Part shown: positions 1 through 12,185 of the stretch, one piece after another
Layout: each line of letters begins with the position of its first letter
Numbering within the stretch: position 1 is the stretch's first letter
Source of the DNA: Perkinsus olseni
Taxonomy: Eukaryota
Assembly (NCBI GenBank): GCA_013115125.1
Contig: JABANN010000059.1
Span: 62,001 to 90,425 of the forward strand
DNA length: 28,425 nt
Direction: 5' to 3'
Program-made: the position numbers and the translations under genes
The notes under the pieces: generated by a model
Seen by the model: the letters and a program-made list of their open reading frames with translations, nothing else
Told to the model about the DNA's origin: nothing
The model's database searches: none

Positions 1-11
1 GCCCTTTTCAG

Positions 12-157
12 GTTACACTCGTGCTGATCACGATAAGCGGAATTCGCTGATCGCAGGTGAGTTGAAAGCACACGGGAATTCATGGCTTGCTGACGCCCCG
101 GGCCTGAGAGGTCGCCATGGTTGATGTCACTTTCGTACAGTAGCGGATTTGTGTTGA
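12..157 (+). CDS. Possible last exons of a gene entering from the left edge (unknown product)
   Basis: ttttcag acceptor ending at 11, open exon 12-56, gtgag donor at 57, tttcgtacag acceptor ending at 140, stop in the joined frame at 155-157. Too short to identify. Confidence 0.3.
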
Positions 158-201
158 CGAAATCGGGAGAGGTAGAGTGACTTTGTGAGGTTTTCACTAC
201 T

Positions 202-3200
202 ATGTCCGTTTTAACGCTCCAAGTTCGGTATGGGGATAAACATGTATCTGTCCATGTCCCCGATGGAGCAAACTTCCGTCAACTTCAGGAGAAGCTTTTC
301 GAGGCCACGGGGCTGCCGATCGATAAACAGGTGAGAAAGGGGCTGACAACTTTGGTGGCGAGGGGATCGGCAGGATCCGAGGGTTGACATGTGGATATTT
401 TGGTAGCTGTAAAACATTTGTACGAGAAATTATCGGCATTTTCTCGCGTGGCATACGTGGTGATCTGGAATTAGGCTAGTTATCCTAGCGGTTCCGGCAA
501 GCCCGTTTCGGGTCCTATCGGACGCTTCCCGAACGTGCATCAGGCGCTTCGCTAGTGGCCGTACACTGTGCCGCGTGATACTCAAAGCCGTTGAATTGCT
601 GTAATGTAAGCTGCAAATTCGAGGATCTCAGTGTGAGCTGATATTTATCATCACATGAATAGAAGGGAGCTGCCTTAATTCGAGTGATGTGGGCCTCACA
701 ATGTGGAGGCCAACGAGGATTCCTTGAACCACTCATTTTTGACAGGTTGTGTCGGTCGGATTCCCGCAACAACGGCTGCTCTTGGCTGAGCCAAACACCC
801 CACTGTCAGCGTTGAAGATCGGCAAGGATGATATATTATCACTCTCGGCCACCGGAGGTAAGGATACGCCAAATCGATCACATAATCGATTTCTGGATAT
901 CTTCCGTTGTGGCCATAGAGAAGCCAGTAAGTTAGGGGTTATCGCTCGTTCTGGGTCCTTTCCGCACGGCATTTCTCGCTGCTTGCTAGTCGAATCGAGC
1001 TAGTCCCCTTCTGAGAATGAAAATGGACGCCCCCTTTTCTGCTCATTTTTTACATAATCGATATGATTTCTGACGATAATGTATTCAATTTCGATATTTT
1101 TTCGGAGCTGTAGAGCCTTGGCAGTCGACCGGAACAAAATTCGGGAGTGCTTCGAAATTTCGAACGGCCGGTTTTCTCGAAATTCACGGTATAAGGTCCT
1201 CCGGGGAGAGAAGTGCAACCGATGTTAGGCTGCATCAGAGCTACCGATGATAGTCACCGTTGGCCGGCCGCCACCCTGCTTGCCCGTTAATGAACTTGCT
1301 TTTCCACCCGCCTCGCAATTATACAGTGTGGCACTGGTGATTGTCACAGACTTTCGTTCTATGCAGGGTCCTCTGAGAGCGCTAGTAGTACCTCTACCGT
1401 TGCGTCTCGGCGGGTCGAACCTCGACCTGTCGACTTGGCGAGAACACGTTTTCCCATACTCGACCCCGAGCTGGTGAGTTGGGGGATTTTTGGTATTCGA
1501 GTAATGAACGATCCGTATCTTAGGTTGATCTTGGCGGATTTCACAGGGAGCCTGTTCCGGGTGACAATTCGTGCATGTTTACAGCGGTTATTCGCTCACT
1601 GCAACTGAAGGGCATTACCACTCGAGATCTTCGGGGGATTGTGGCGCGGACGATCGAAGCTAACCCGAATCGATACACCGAGGCCGTGCTCGACAAACCA
1701 GCGAAAAAGTGAGAAAAAGGGAGTGGTGGAGATTGAGAGAGAACTCGGTGTTGTCTTGTCTTCGACCTTGGATGCGCAGGCATGACCTTCCCTGACTATC
1801 GTGGCCACTGGAGTTTCATAACAACTGATCACTAAGGGTTATCTTAATTTATTCCGATTTCTCCCTTCTTTGCTAAACAAGAATATCGGGACAACTCAGC
1901 GGTACTTCAGGTGGAGTATCTTATACTTCTGTGAAGTACTAGGATCAACCTTGATTCACACTTTCGGCTTTTAGTGCGAAGAATTCTAACCTGATTGATG
2001 CGAGCTAAACTTAGTTCGACAAAATCCTTCCGGCGATTTTTTCCTCGAAAAAGTTAAAATCTTCCGGCTCGTCACGGTGCAGATTATCCTCAGATACGTG
2101 AAGTGGATCTGTCAGGATTCCTCCTGGGGTGGCTACATCGAGCTAAGCATACTAGCTCCTCATTTTGGTGTCCAAATCAATACAGTGGAGATCATGACCG
2201 GCCATTTTTATAGGTGACACTTCATCTTGAAAACTAGTTCCTGGACTCTGTGAAGGGTGTCTCGCACCGATATAGGTAACTTCGAGATTATTCCCACCGG
2301 TGAGGAATGAGTGTTCGGCAATGATAATCGGTTCAGGCATGCTCAATCTCATAGGAAATTGGGCACCGAACTTTCGCAGATTCTGGAGGTGTGCGGCCGG
2401 AATTGTGATGTCGAGCGACCTTCAAGGAGCTTCTTCGCTCAGCCGCGACTTTCTTTCGATGTTGTTGAGTTCGCTTTCAACGTCATTCACACAGCTGTGG
2501 ACACCTCTCACTCTTGTGGACAGCACGGCGAGCACCAGTGCATTACGCTGCTAGATACGTCCTTGCATCGCTTGAAGCCTTCTACTTCGTTCTTCAAATT
2601 TATAAGAGCCTCTAGTTCGATTTTTTAGTCGTTTGTTGTTGCGTGATGCTCTTTCTATTAGATACCCACAAGAAGTCCCCGAGGACACCCCGTGCGTCTA
2701 CCTGCTGCATGACGGTAAGGCCCTCGAGTGTCGAATCATCGCATTTTCCGCTCTTTCCAGACACTCATTACGACTACATTGCCTCTCGTAGCTTGGTGGT
2801 AGACGGCAGCAGAGTATCGGTCTTCTCGAGTGGCGATTTGAGAGTAGCGACTGCGGCTAAGAGGGTTGCGGATAATCTCCGGAGAAACCGACAGTGAGTT
2901 AGCGCTAGCCCAACGCCTTTTCTTTCGAAGGCCACTATTGTGTATTATTGGTGTAACAGCCAGCGGCCTTTGTGCTGAGAGACGTGGCGATTGTGCCATG
3001 TGCAGCTCAGCTGTAACAGCTCGATGTACAAGGAAAGCTTCAATCGACCGTCTACTTTGAGAAAGGATTTTGCTTTCACTTCATTCACTTGCCGCTCACT
3101 TTCGAACCAAATAAGCAGCCTTTTCAGCTCGGATCCGGAGTTTGACCCAACAGTCAAATGATTCCCCTGTCAAGGCTAGTGAACTCTCGAATTGGAATGC

Positions 3201-3540
3201 CTGTTTATCCACCGAAGAGATCGGCAAATGAGCCAACACTTTGAACGAGTGCAATCAAAACGAAACTCCTTCGATTGCGAACATGGCCGGAACGCTTTGT
3301 GTATTTATTCTTTTCGTTCTACTGTATGTGCTAGTTTGGCATGCAAATTACATCATTTCAGTTCCGTTATTCGATTAGAACAGCTCTTCTCAGCCTGAGA
3401 ATCTCAGGTACACAGACCTAGGCGGATTCACGCTGCAGTGTCAAGAATGTTTTGCCCTGGTCATCGGTCAGCATGGAGCTATCGAGCATTCTTCTCTCAC
3501 TGGCCACTCTCGTTTTCAAGAGATATCCTCGGGTTTGTGA
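202..3540 (+). CDS. OTU1: OTU1/YOD1-family deubiquitinase (N-terminal ubiquitin-like domain, OTU domain, C-terminal C2H2 zinc finger), 8 exons
   Basis: Manually spliced with GT-AG introns and consistent phases: 202-330, 746-857, 1367-1473, 1524-1708, 2094-2213, 2662-2714, 2761-2893, 3408-3540. Motifs: UBL (QVVSVGFPQQRLL), catalytic VPGDNSCMF, YTEAVLDKPAKKYVKWICQDSSWGGYIELSIL, LLHDDTHYD (catalytic His), and FTLQCQECFALVIGQHGAIEHSSLTGHSRFQE zinc finger. Confidence 0.93.
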
Positions 3541-3854
3541 TCTACTTGAGTGGATTGCGTTCAGTGGACGGATTGGGTGGCTCAATTCGATACAATTGTA
3601 CGCAAATCCCTGAATTTGGATTATCTCTGGTTTACCGAGTGTTTCAGTCTGAATTTCGAGAGCGATTTGGAAGTGTATTGATATTAGCCGATTGATCGGC
3701 CATTTCGCTCATCTGATGTCGCACGAGAAGATTTGAAATTCATTGGAATGAATTTCGGGTATTTCTGACTATTCAGAAAATTCAGAACTTCTCGCCAGAA
3801 GGCTGAAGCTCGTGCCACTCGGAGAAGTAGTTTTATGAGCAGCTCATAATTAGC

Positions 3855-6800
3855 ATGCAAAAAACGTCAGCTAGCTCTCTGAAAACGGTGGCTGCAGTGA
3901 TGCCGGGTCGCATGAGAATTGTAGCGATACGGAGACTGCTGGAGACGTTCGGCCCTGAGCACTCGGAGTGGCGGTTTTGGCTACAGGGAATTACTGAGGA
4001 TTCCGAGTTGAACAGGAACGTGTAAGATATGGCACTGAGGAGGGAACGACAGCGAGCTAGAGTTGCTAATGGTGATGGTTGACTCTGACCGAAAGGAAGC
4101 TTCCCGATTCGAATGTACCCTTGCAAGCTTCTTGATGAACCTTCTGGTTGCACTGCGTATCGATCGCAACAGAGAGTCCCTAACTGAGAGCATCGGCAAG
4201 AGTTTGACCACACCGGAATACACACACACCCTTATCGAGATTCTCAGGCTTGGACTCGGAAGGCATGGGCTGTGATTCTCGATTAGGTCCACGATGGCTC
4301 CTGGAGTGGCAGCGGAGGCCCTTTCTTCGCTCTATCGGATTCGACATCATCATCCGACTGCTGCAGGTAGCCTTGCCTCAGTTCGGTGCTGGCGGTACTG
4401 ACCTTATCTGTCTCACCCAAGCTTCAACCTTAGATACGATCATGCAAGGACTGAGCGAGCGCTGCATTCAGGAAGGGCATGGAGCCCAACATGTGGTTGC
4501 GCTAATCGAAGCCTGGGGTGAGAAACTCTTCTAAATCTTGAGCAAATCTGCGGGTGGACCTGAGTGCCATAGGGACTCTTTATGGCACTTATTAAGGAAA
4601 TCTTCGTTAAAATACACCCTCCAGCTGGGAGTGTGAAGTCCATCGAAGCAATTAGGTGCGTGTCACGATCTCTACCTGACTCACGGATCTGTCCGATCAT
4701 CTCTGCGACGATACAGAGATGAACTGAACAAAGGTGGATGCCCTCTTCAGGCTCGACCGACTCCCCCATTTGGGATGCCAAAGCGCTCGACTGCTTCCAG
4801 AGGAACTCAGACACGGTCCTAGATCCGAGCACTCCGGATATGACCACATTCCAGCTCATCACGTTATGCGACTGCCTGGCCAAGATGGCTCAGCGGGGAC
4901 TTAAGGTGCGATTGTATCGCAGCGACAGGTTCGATGAAACAATGTCCTTATGCGTTGAGGAAATGCAAGAGTGCAAGTGAACGCTCCTGGAGCTCTGTGA
5001 GAATCTCCAAATTATGACGTCTTCTGCTATGGAATAGTTATCGATGGCGTAAGACTCTCTTGCGTGGATCGGACGGCTTTCTCCTGTCAGATCGGATCTT
5101 CTACGATCTCCAAGTTGGCCAAGTTTGTTCGGTCGAATGTAGCAATGGTATCTTGTCGAGAATCTTTTTTTCATTAGCGTATTGCAGATTCGAGAGTTTA
5201 CAGACACTCAGCAGTTTCCTGTGCTGACGCACGCCTTCGCCGTCATGCTGAGCACAGTAGAGGGTGCGAAAAAGGAGGAAGAAGTGCTGGCTCCAGGAAT
5301 TGAACCTGCGCATTATCTCCTTCATCAGGTTACGAAGATGCTGGCGGTCGTATGCGAGACCGTTCAGACAGTATGGCTGCGGGAGTTTAGTCTTAACGAG
5401 CTGTCAGCATTGCTCACCACACTGCGCCAGTGCGAGGCGCCAGCCCGGGATCTCGCCCGAGCGGCGGTTCCGGAGTTTGTTAGACTCCTCGATGATGATT
5501 CACAAGAAGTTACAGGTGAGGCGGAGAAACGTCGCCCGGCGGATTCGATCCGGGAACCTCTGGGATGTTAGTGGTATCCTCTAGGCCTCATCCTGGGGAG
5601 CATCTCGCTGCCCCTGCTGAAGCTGACCGGACGTGTAGAGGAAGATGTTGTTGCGGCGTTGGCTCGGCGGCTGGGTGAGTTCCCCACTCGCAGAACGGAG
5701 AACTCAACTTCCAGACATCATCGAGGGGGACGGCTAGTCGCTCATTATTTCACCTTCTCTCCCGAACTCACTGAGCCACTTCACTGTTGTTGATTACTGC
5801 AGAGCTTCTTGACGTTGATCTCACTATTAGAGCCCGGTATTTCCCAAGGACTTGTAGAAGGTTCAACTTATACGGGCGGAAGGACTGGGAATTTCTCTTC
5901 GTTGTCAGGTCGAACCCCTTCAACTTTACGACTGTCCCCTCGGTCAGTGAGCAACATTCTAGCCGGCGCGTGCGGTGATCGCCACACAGACGTGAAGGCC
6001 TCTCGGGAACTGCTGGAAGATCTCGCTGGTCGGATCGATCCTGAGCAGCCCTTTGCAGCGATCGATGTAGGCCACAGTCAACCCGATACGGAAGGAAAGA
6101 ATTTACGTTTAGTTTTCTTCTCTCAGAGCTTCAGTATTCTCCGGGCATGTGGGTCGATCTTGAAGCCGGGGCAATCTGCGAGTGAACGAACGAACAATAT
6201 GATCAGCCAGTGCTGCGATCATCTTCGCCGAAACTACTCCGACTACGAGCCACGAACTCTCGTCTTCTCGCTGCACATGTTGTCGCTTTTTCAACCGGAC
6301 CGAGGCTTACTGCGAGAGCTCCTTCCAGTCACCGATGGATTTCCCTTGAACCTCCAAACGATGCTTCTGGGCGTTTGCGAACGTGGCAAAGACATCGACT
6401 CAGCTCGGCTCGTTCTTGACCGAATAGGGAGGTTGCTATGCTCTGATTCCGCCGAGGCTGCGCGAATCCTGAGGTCGATCTCGCGTCTTCCTAGTGAGCT
6501 TTGGCAGAGCTACTCGAATCTGATTGACGATCTGGCGAAATGCGCGCTGAAAGATACCAAATCGAGTTCGCGAATCTTTGCGGTGTGTTTGGCTCTGGCG
6601 AAAATGAAGCCGAAGCGGGAGAAGGTCTCGGAGCTTTTAGAAAGGGTTATGAGAGCGGTTGTTGCTGCCGGAGATCGACTGGACCTGGTTGATGCAGCGA
6701 CGGCTACTTCGATACTGGTCAAGTTAACAAGTGGCGTGGAGGCGGATGGAGGTGGGAATGTTGGAGCCAGTCTCGGCTAGATTCGATGGAGCACTATCAC

Positions 6801-8809
6801 AACCGACTTGAATGAAGTGAATGACCGTTTTGCTTTGGGTAGCCGTCAAGCCCGCTGGTGACACTAGGCCGCGATGAGTTGGAGTGAGAGGGGCTCTTTA
6901 TGTGCGTGAAATAGTTGCTATGCGCTTTACAAGAATATATCACTACTGCGCAATATGCTGTACGCATACAATTGTCACTTCCGAACTTTTCACGAATTCT
7001 TGGAATTGATCGGAAAAGGGCGTAGTCGTGAAGCTACTCTCCGGCCAAGACTGTGGCATGATGCCCTATCACAGCAATGACTTCAAAGATGAAGATTCAT
7101 TTTTTGTTCGGAGGGAAGTTTGGAAGTTTGGAATCAGGTCTCGTTGTGGATGAGTTTCTGCCTTTCTCAGATGACAGGAGCCCCATAATGCTTCCCAGTC
7201 GGTTCTGTGAGCCTGTGGCGGAGTCCATTGTCAGCTGTCTACTTCGAGCCAGTTCAACCCCCCGCTTCGCTGCGAGGGATCTTGACCGCTCGAGCCAATG
7301 TACGACCGGTCCATGTTATCCGCATCAGAATCGACTGAGAATGTTTCGGTTCCTTGTCGCCCGATCGCTTACTAGATTCAAGTCATTCCGCTGCGGCTTG
7401 TCCTGTAACCGCCCTTGTATCGTTCAGCACATTATGTCTCTTGCTCGGCGGCTTTGCAGCTAGGCATTGTCAATGAGTTCGCTCCGTAGGTTTGGCCGGA
7501 CTGGCCCGACTGCAGCTCCGTCCGGCGACGACCGAGGGGCTCGAGCTGTGTCTGGCGAAGATGATAAACGATTCGATATCTACGAAGACCGCACCCTTCA
7601 TTCTCAGCATCATCCACAGTATGTGGAAACTCGACTTGAGGAGAGCTTCTAATAGGGTCACCAAGAAAGTCGTAGCGGCCCTGTGCGAGTTTGATGCGGT
7701 CCGCACCGTGTAGGATACCTTTTAGAAGTCTGACTGCATCGCCTCTCGTCAGATACTGTGCGGCCTGCTTGGGCGCATCTTCAGTACTCGGCTCCCTTCG
7801 GTTGGCGTTGCGCCCTGGCTTAACCGCAGTAGAAACATCTCAATTGATAGCGGCCTTGGCTACCATTTATCTGGATCATCCAGGGATCGGCGATACACTG
7901 AGCCATGATGATCTCCAGACTGCCCTTGATTTGTAGGGACTGATACTAGCCGCAATGCCCCGGGCTGTTTTCGGTGAAGTTTTCTGTACGAGATGCGGCA
8001 GTTCAGTGTGAAAAATCGATTAACTAGATCGACTATTCTATTGATCGGAACTAGTACTATCGCCATTTGTGCAACTCCATCGGCAGTAGACTCAACATCA
8101 TCCTCCTCCGACCAGTTTTGAACGTACTGTCGTTCTGGTTCAGGTTATCGACGGCCAGTAGACGGCAGCACGGTCGAGTTTCACGCCATGAGGAGCTTCG
8201 GAACGAAGTGTGTGAGTTCCTGGAGACGCTAGCAACTCCCTGCATGGTGGACCCGAAGCTCTTCTGGACATGACTGTTTCGATGTTGCTGTTTCCGATGC
8301 TGAATCGCTTCGAGTTCCCAGTCGCTTTGATTGCCACTGCATGACGTTTGTTCACACAACTCGAACAACTTCGTACTCAAACCCGAGAACCAATCAGACC
8401 ATGACGAACGAGTTTGAGTTGCCTAGTCTTAATAGAAAGTGACAAGCGAACCACCAACCCACGGGCCAACCATCACTGGGTTTCGAAAGTGCGAACGCCC
8501 TAACGTGGGTAGCCACCCATAGGCGATTGCACCGTTTGTGTTTCGTCTCAAGGACTATTCGTCAGGATGATTTCGCAGAGCCAGCAGGCACGACACCTTT
8601 CTCCACGTATCTGCACTCTCCTCTACGAGCTGTCTAATTCGTTCCTTCCACCAAGTCGTGTAATGGTCATGGTCCAAATGGTCCCACTGACCAAGAAGTA
8701 CCTGCGACTTTATGAGCGGATTCAGCGTCCATGGGATCGTCTTGCCACTGTGGCACCGAGAAAGAAAACATGGCGGAGACGAGCTGCTCGCCAGCAACGC
8801 GCGTGCTGA
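3855..8809 (+). CDS. Large multi-exon alpha-helical repeat protein (HPR/OPR/FASTK-like appearance); exon structure unresolved, may be two genes
   Basis: Chain of same-strand Leu-rich ORFs separated by short GT..AG segments (4063-4275, 4250-4534, 4738-4980, 5182-5571, 5809-6780 at 323 aa, 7492-7713, 7691-7936, 8067-8273, 8567-8809). Recurrent helix-turn-helix-like motifs: MTTFQLITLCDCLAKM, FSLNELSALLTTLRQC, YEPRTLVFSLHMLSLF, LDLVDAATATSILVKL. Start and end are uncertain. Confidence 0.55.
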
Positions 8810-9091
8810 GCTGCAGCGCTACTAGAAGGGATTCACTGATCCACTCACCCGTTCACTGATTCATTATCCATTAAAGTCTGTCTATCATCCATACGAGGCC
8901 ATGAGCACAGTAGTTCACAGGTTAGCCGTATTTCCGAACTCAGTATAGCAGTATTATGGAATGGACCCTCCACAGCGAGCAGGGGCCAAAACGAGTATAC
9001 TGCAGACACCAAAAATTGATAAACTCAACCGTTCAACACGTCCAGTCTCGAAAGCTGTTTTCCCGCTAAACGAGTAATGACTTAGCGATTT

Positions 9092-10412
9092 TTACTTCCT
9101 AGTCTGCTGACCGGCGATGCGGTTCTTCTTCATACGCATGTGACGGTCGTCAACGTTGGAGAGCTGGATACCATCGCCCTTAGGAAGAGACACCCAAGGC
9201 TTGCCCTCGTGACCGATGACGAAGACGTTGGAGAGACGGGTGGCGAAGTTGTTGCCAGCGGCATCACGGACGTGGATCATCTCGAAGTTACCGGGGTGAC
9301 GCTCGCGGTGAGTGATAACACCAACACGACCAATGTTATTACCGCCGGTCATCATGACGGTGGCGCCGATCTCGAACCTGAGGCACCAAGGTGGGAGAAA
9401 AGTTAAAAAAACCCTGGCGGAGCGAAGCACAGCGGAATGAGGAAGAGTTTCGTCAGACCATCTGCTGGATAGTCCGCACGTTTATGGACTTGGTAAAGCA
9501 GTGTTGTACAATTTACGCAATCATCATTCGAAACTTCCCTCATTCTACTGGCCCAAAGTCCCCCAAGAAACGAGCGATACTTACTTGAGGAAGTCGAGAA
9601 CCTTGCCGGTCTGGATGTCAATGCGGACAGAGTCGTTCTCCTTGATCTCGGGATCAGGGTAACGGATGGTACGGCCATCGTGAGTGTTGGCGTACGGGAC
9701 ACCCTTGGAGCCCATGTAGACCTTCTTGACCCTGCAGAGCTTGTAGGCAGCCTCATCAGGGTGGATCTTGTGGATGGCGAAGCGACCCTTAGTGTCGAAC
9801 AACAATCTGATCGAAGAAAAGAAAGTACACGACTGACGAAAATGGAGGGATGAGACGCTGAGGGATGGTCCAGTTGTGGTGGTGGCAGTACCTCCCGGCT
9901 AGTCCCCTAGCCAAATACCCGGACCTATCCCTTGCACAACAGTGGGCCGTATGAAACACGGCCGTCAACCCACGACGAAGGGAGAAGACGGTGGTGCCTC
10001 ATAGGGTCTTGTTGGCAATTATGAAGATCGTGTCGTGAGCGGCACCTGAAGTTCTCCTTGGTCTTTTCGATGGTGATCACATCCATGAAACCGGCGGGGT
10101 AGGTCATGTCAGTGCGAACCTGCACAGCACAAAGTGAACCACATCCTTCGAGCGAGAAGACGACAGTCCGAACGGCCCGAAAACTACCTTGCCGTCGACC
10201 TTGATGAGTCTCTGCATGACGATCATCTTGACCTCGTTGTAAGTGAGAGCGTACTTCAGACGGTTGCGGAGAAGCACGATGAGAGGCATGCACTCACGCA
10301 GCTTGTGGGGGCCGGTGGAAGGCCTGGGGGCCCAGACGCCGGCGAGCTTGTCGAGGAGCCAGTGCTTGGGGGCGAAGACGCGCTTCAAATGCTTCTTAGG
10401 ACCGCGAGCCAT
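9092..10412 (-). CDS. RPS4: 40S ribosomal protein S4 (eS4), 4 exons
   Basis: Exons 10412-10188, 10119-10046, 9806-9585, 9377-9092, all GT-AG. Translation [23 protein letters not shown]...[14 protein letters not shown]...[19 protein letters not shown]...[12 protein letters not shown]...[10 protein letters not shown]...[12 protein letters not shown]...SLPKGDGI is unmistakably eS4. Confidence 0.98.
9435..9545 (-). ncRNA. Intronic box C/D snoRNA in RPS4 intron 3
   Basis: On the minus strand: box C ATGATGA (9527-9521) and box D CTGA (9456-9453). They are flanked directly by a long terminal stem, gaatgagggaagtttcg / cgaaactcttcctcattc. Same strand as the ribosomal-protein host, in a 207-nt intron. 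Confidence 0.82.
9861..9984 (-). ncRNA. Candidate structured intronic RNA (possible H/ACA-type snoRNA) in RPS4 intron 2
   Basis: The 239-nt intron has several stems on the minus strand: tccctt/aaggga, gtggg/cccac, ggccgt/acggcc, ggctag-ggga-ctagcc, agggataggtcc/ggaccatccct. An ACA follows the second hairpin, but there is no clean ANANNA H box. Confidence 0.35.
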
Positions 10413-10447
10413 GTTTTGTTTAGAACGGGAAAGACCTTTCGAAAACC

Positions 10448-10475
10448 CTGGCGATGAGGGAGGAGGAGAAGTTGA
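10448..10475 (-). promoter_or_regulatory. Polypyrimidine tract + AG upstream of the RPS4 start (candidate trans-splice or 5'UTR acceptor)
   Basis: Minus strand cttctcctcctccctcatcgccAG, about 35 nt upstream of aaacaaaacATG. Confidence 0.35.
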
Positions 10476-11120
10476 TCGATTTTGGCGCGATACGCTACGT
10501 TGAGGAAATGTAAGAAACGCAAGATTGCGCAAGTTGCATTCGTCCGTCGCGCCGAAATCGTTTGCCGGCGATCGGATTTATGCTGAACATTCAAGCAAGC
10601 CTCAACCCGTCAACGTCGCGTGGATGTTGTCGATGTTCTCGCTCACTACTCCTGCAAAGTCGGTTGCCTCCCTCCAGGCCCGACAGTCGTTTGTCGCGAA
10701 AATTTACGGAACCAGCATCGGGTTTCGACATCAAACAGCGTTGGGCACGACACCACATCACCTGTGCGGTACAGGCTGTACCTCACATGTAACTTCGTTG
10801 TATACTCACACCGATCACAGAGTAGCGTTGAATCCGCCCGTCACGATCGAGTTGACTTTCCCTTGGCTGTCCGTCCGTTGGCGTTGTGTGCACGGAGCTG
10901 TCCCGCTCATCGCCTAGCTTACTAGGAAGATCTTCCGACTCTTTCCGTCTTCTACCAGCATCTCGCCGACGTATCTTTCAATACATGGCAGCTAAGATGT
11001 TTTTGACATTTGCCTCATCTATTTGACTCGCGTCTTTCATGTGGAAGCCATCCATTTTCGATGAGAATGAGAATTCCCCATTAGACTCTATTTCAGTTTT
11101 TACAGTTTTTTCATCAAAAA

Positions 11121-11733
11121 ATGGACGATAGCATGAGTGCCGGCGAGCTTCGACGACGCTACGGCCCCGGTGGCTCTGCACCCGACTCTGATCTCACTGC
11201 AAGTCAATTGAGGGCAAGGCACAACATCCATAATAATTCATTCAAGGATGATGGCAGTGGTGAGCATCTTCGTCTTATCCGCTTTTATAAAGGCTTCCTT
11301 GCTTAGCTGATCTGAGGGTGTTTATTGAACTCGTTTTGAAACCGTCTTTCACGTGTGAATGTTAATGCCAGAATCGATTCCGACTTTCAGACTAGGTTTA
11401 ATGAGACACGTAGAGCACTCCGCGTGTTCAATAGATCAGGACTCTCCTGAGTCAGGAGAGTCACGAGTCTCAAGAACACCCCAAGGAACGTATTTTCCAC
11501 GTTAAATTCAGTACAGGGAGCGGTCCTGGAATTCAGGCGAGGTCTATTGAACCACCCCACTGATTTCCAGTCGTCTGCTGATACGCGACTTAGTCAAACG
11601 AACTCGTCCCGCGAATTGAGATTTTCTTCCTGTAGTTTGCCCATGGTTATCAGGTATAACCCCAATGATTGTTGTCGCCCTCATCGTCCTGCTCGTTGCC
11701 GCAGCAGGAGCGATGCTCAAGTATTCATCGTAA
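11121..11733 (+). CDS. Small (72 aa) protein with a single C-terminal transmembrane helix, 2 exons
   Basis: Exons 11121-11259 (gtgag donor) and 11654-11733 (ttatcag acceptor) join in phase: MDDSMSAGELRRRYGPGGSAPDSDLTASQLRARHNIHNNSFKDDGSGITPMIVVALIVLLVAAAGAMLKYSS*. A-rich context before the ATG; divergent from RPS4. Confidence 0.75.
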
Positions 11734-12185
11734 ACGCTTTTGTGAGTGTTATATAACAACAAGTGTCACATTTTTTGTTTTTTCTAGTGCGTTGAGTTTG
11801 TCCAGTTGTGAGGTCTTTTCACCTCAAGCGAGTCTGTGTTTGACGTGAGCACACCTACGCGCTGCGGCTTCTGCTGCGAACGACGGACCTATCGTTGTGG
11901 CCACTTTTCAAGGATCGGGCTACTTGTTGAAGCGCAACCACTGTCTTCGTGAGAATTGTCGAGAATGCTCGAGGTTATGCCTATGCTCCCGCAGAGATTA
12001 TTCCTTTGATTGGTTCCAAGAAAATTGGGGCGCTTCTCGGCCGCGAGAGACCTCAATTCAGCGAACTCAGTGCCACAGTGTCGAATTCGCGCGCAATCTG
12101 CTGTCGGCGAACTCGGATTTAATAGAACCTTCAGGATTGTGGGCGATCGAGAGCACCTTTTCGAATTGCGTTGATCAAAATAGCC

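Noticed and set aside
9140-10503. Plus-strand ORFs overlapping RPS4
   Set aside because: Antisense shadows of a codon-biased gene.
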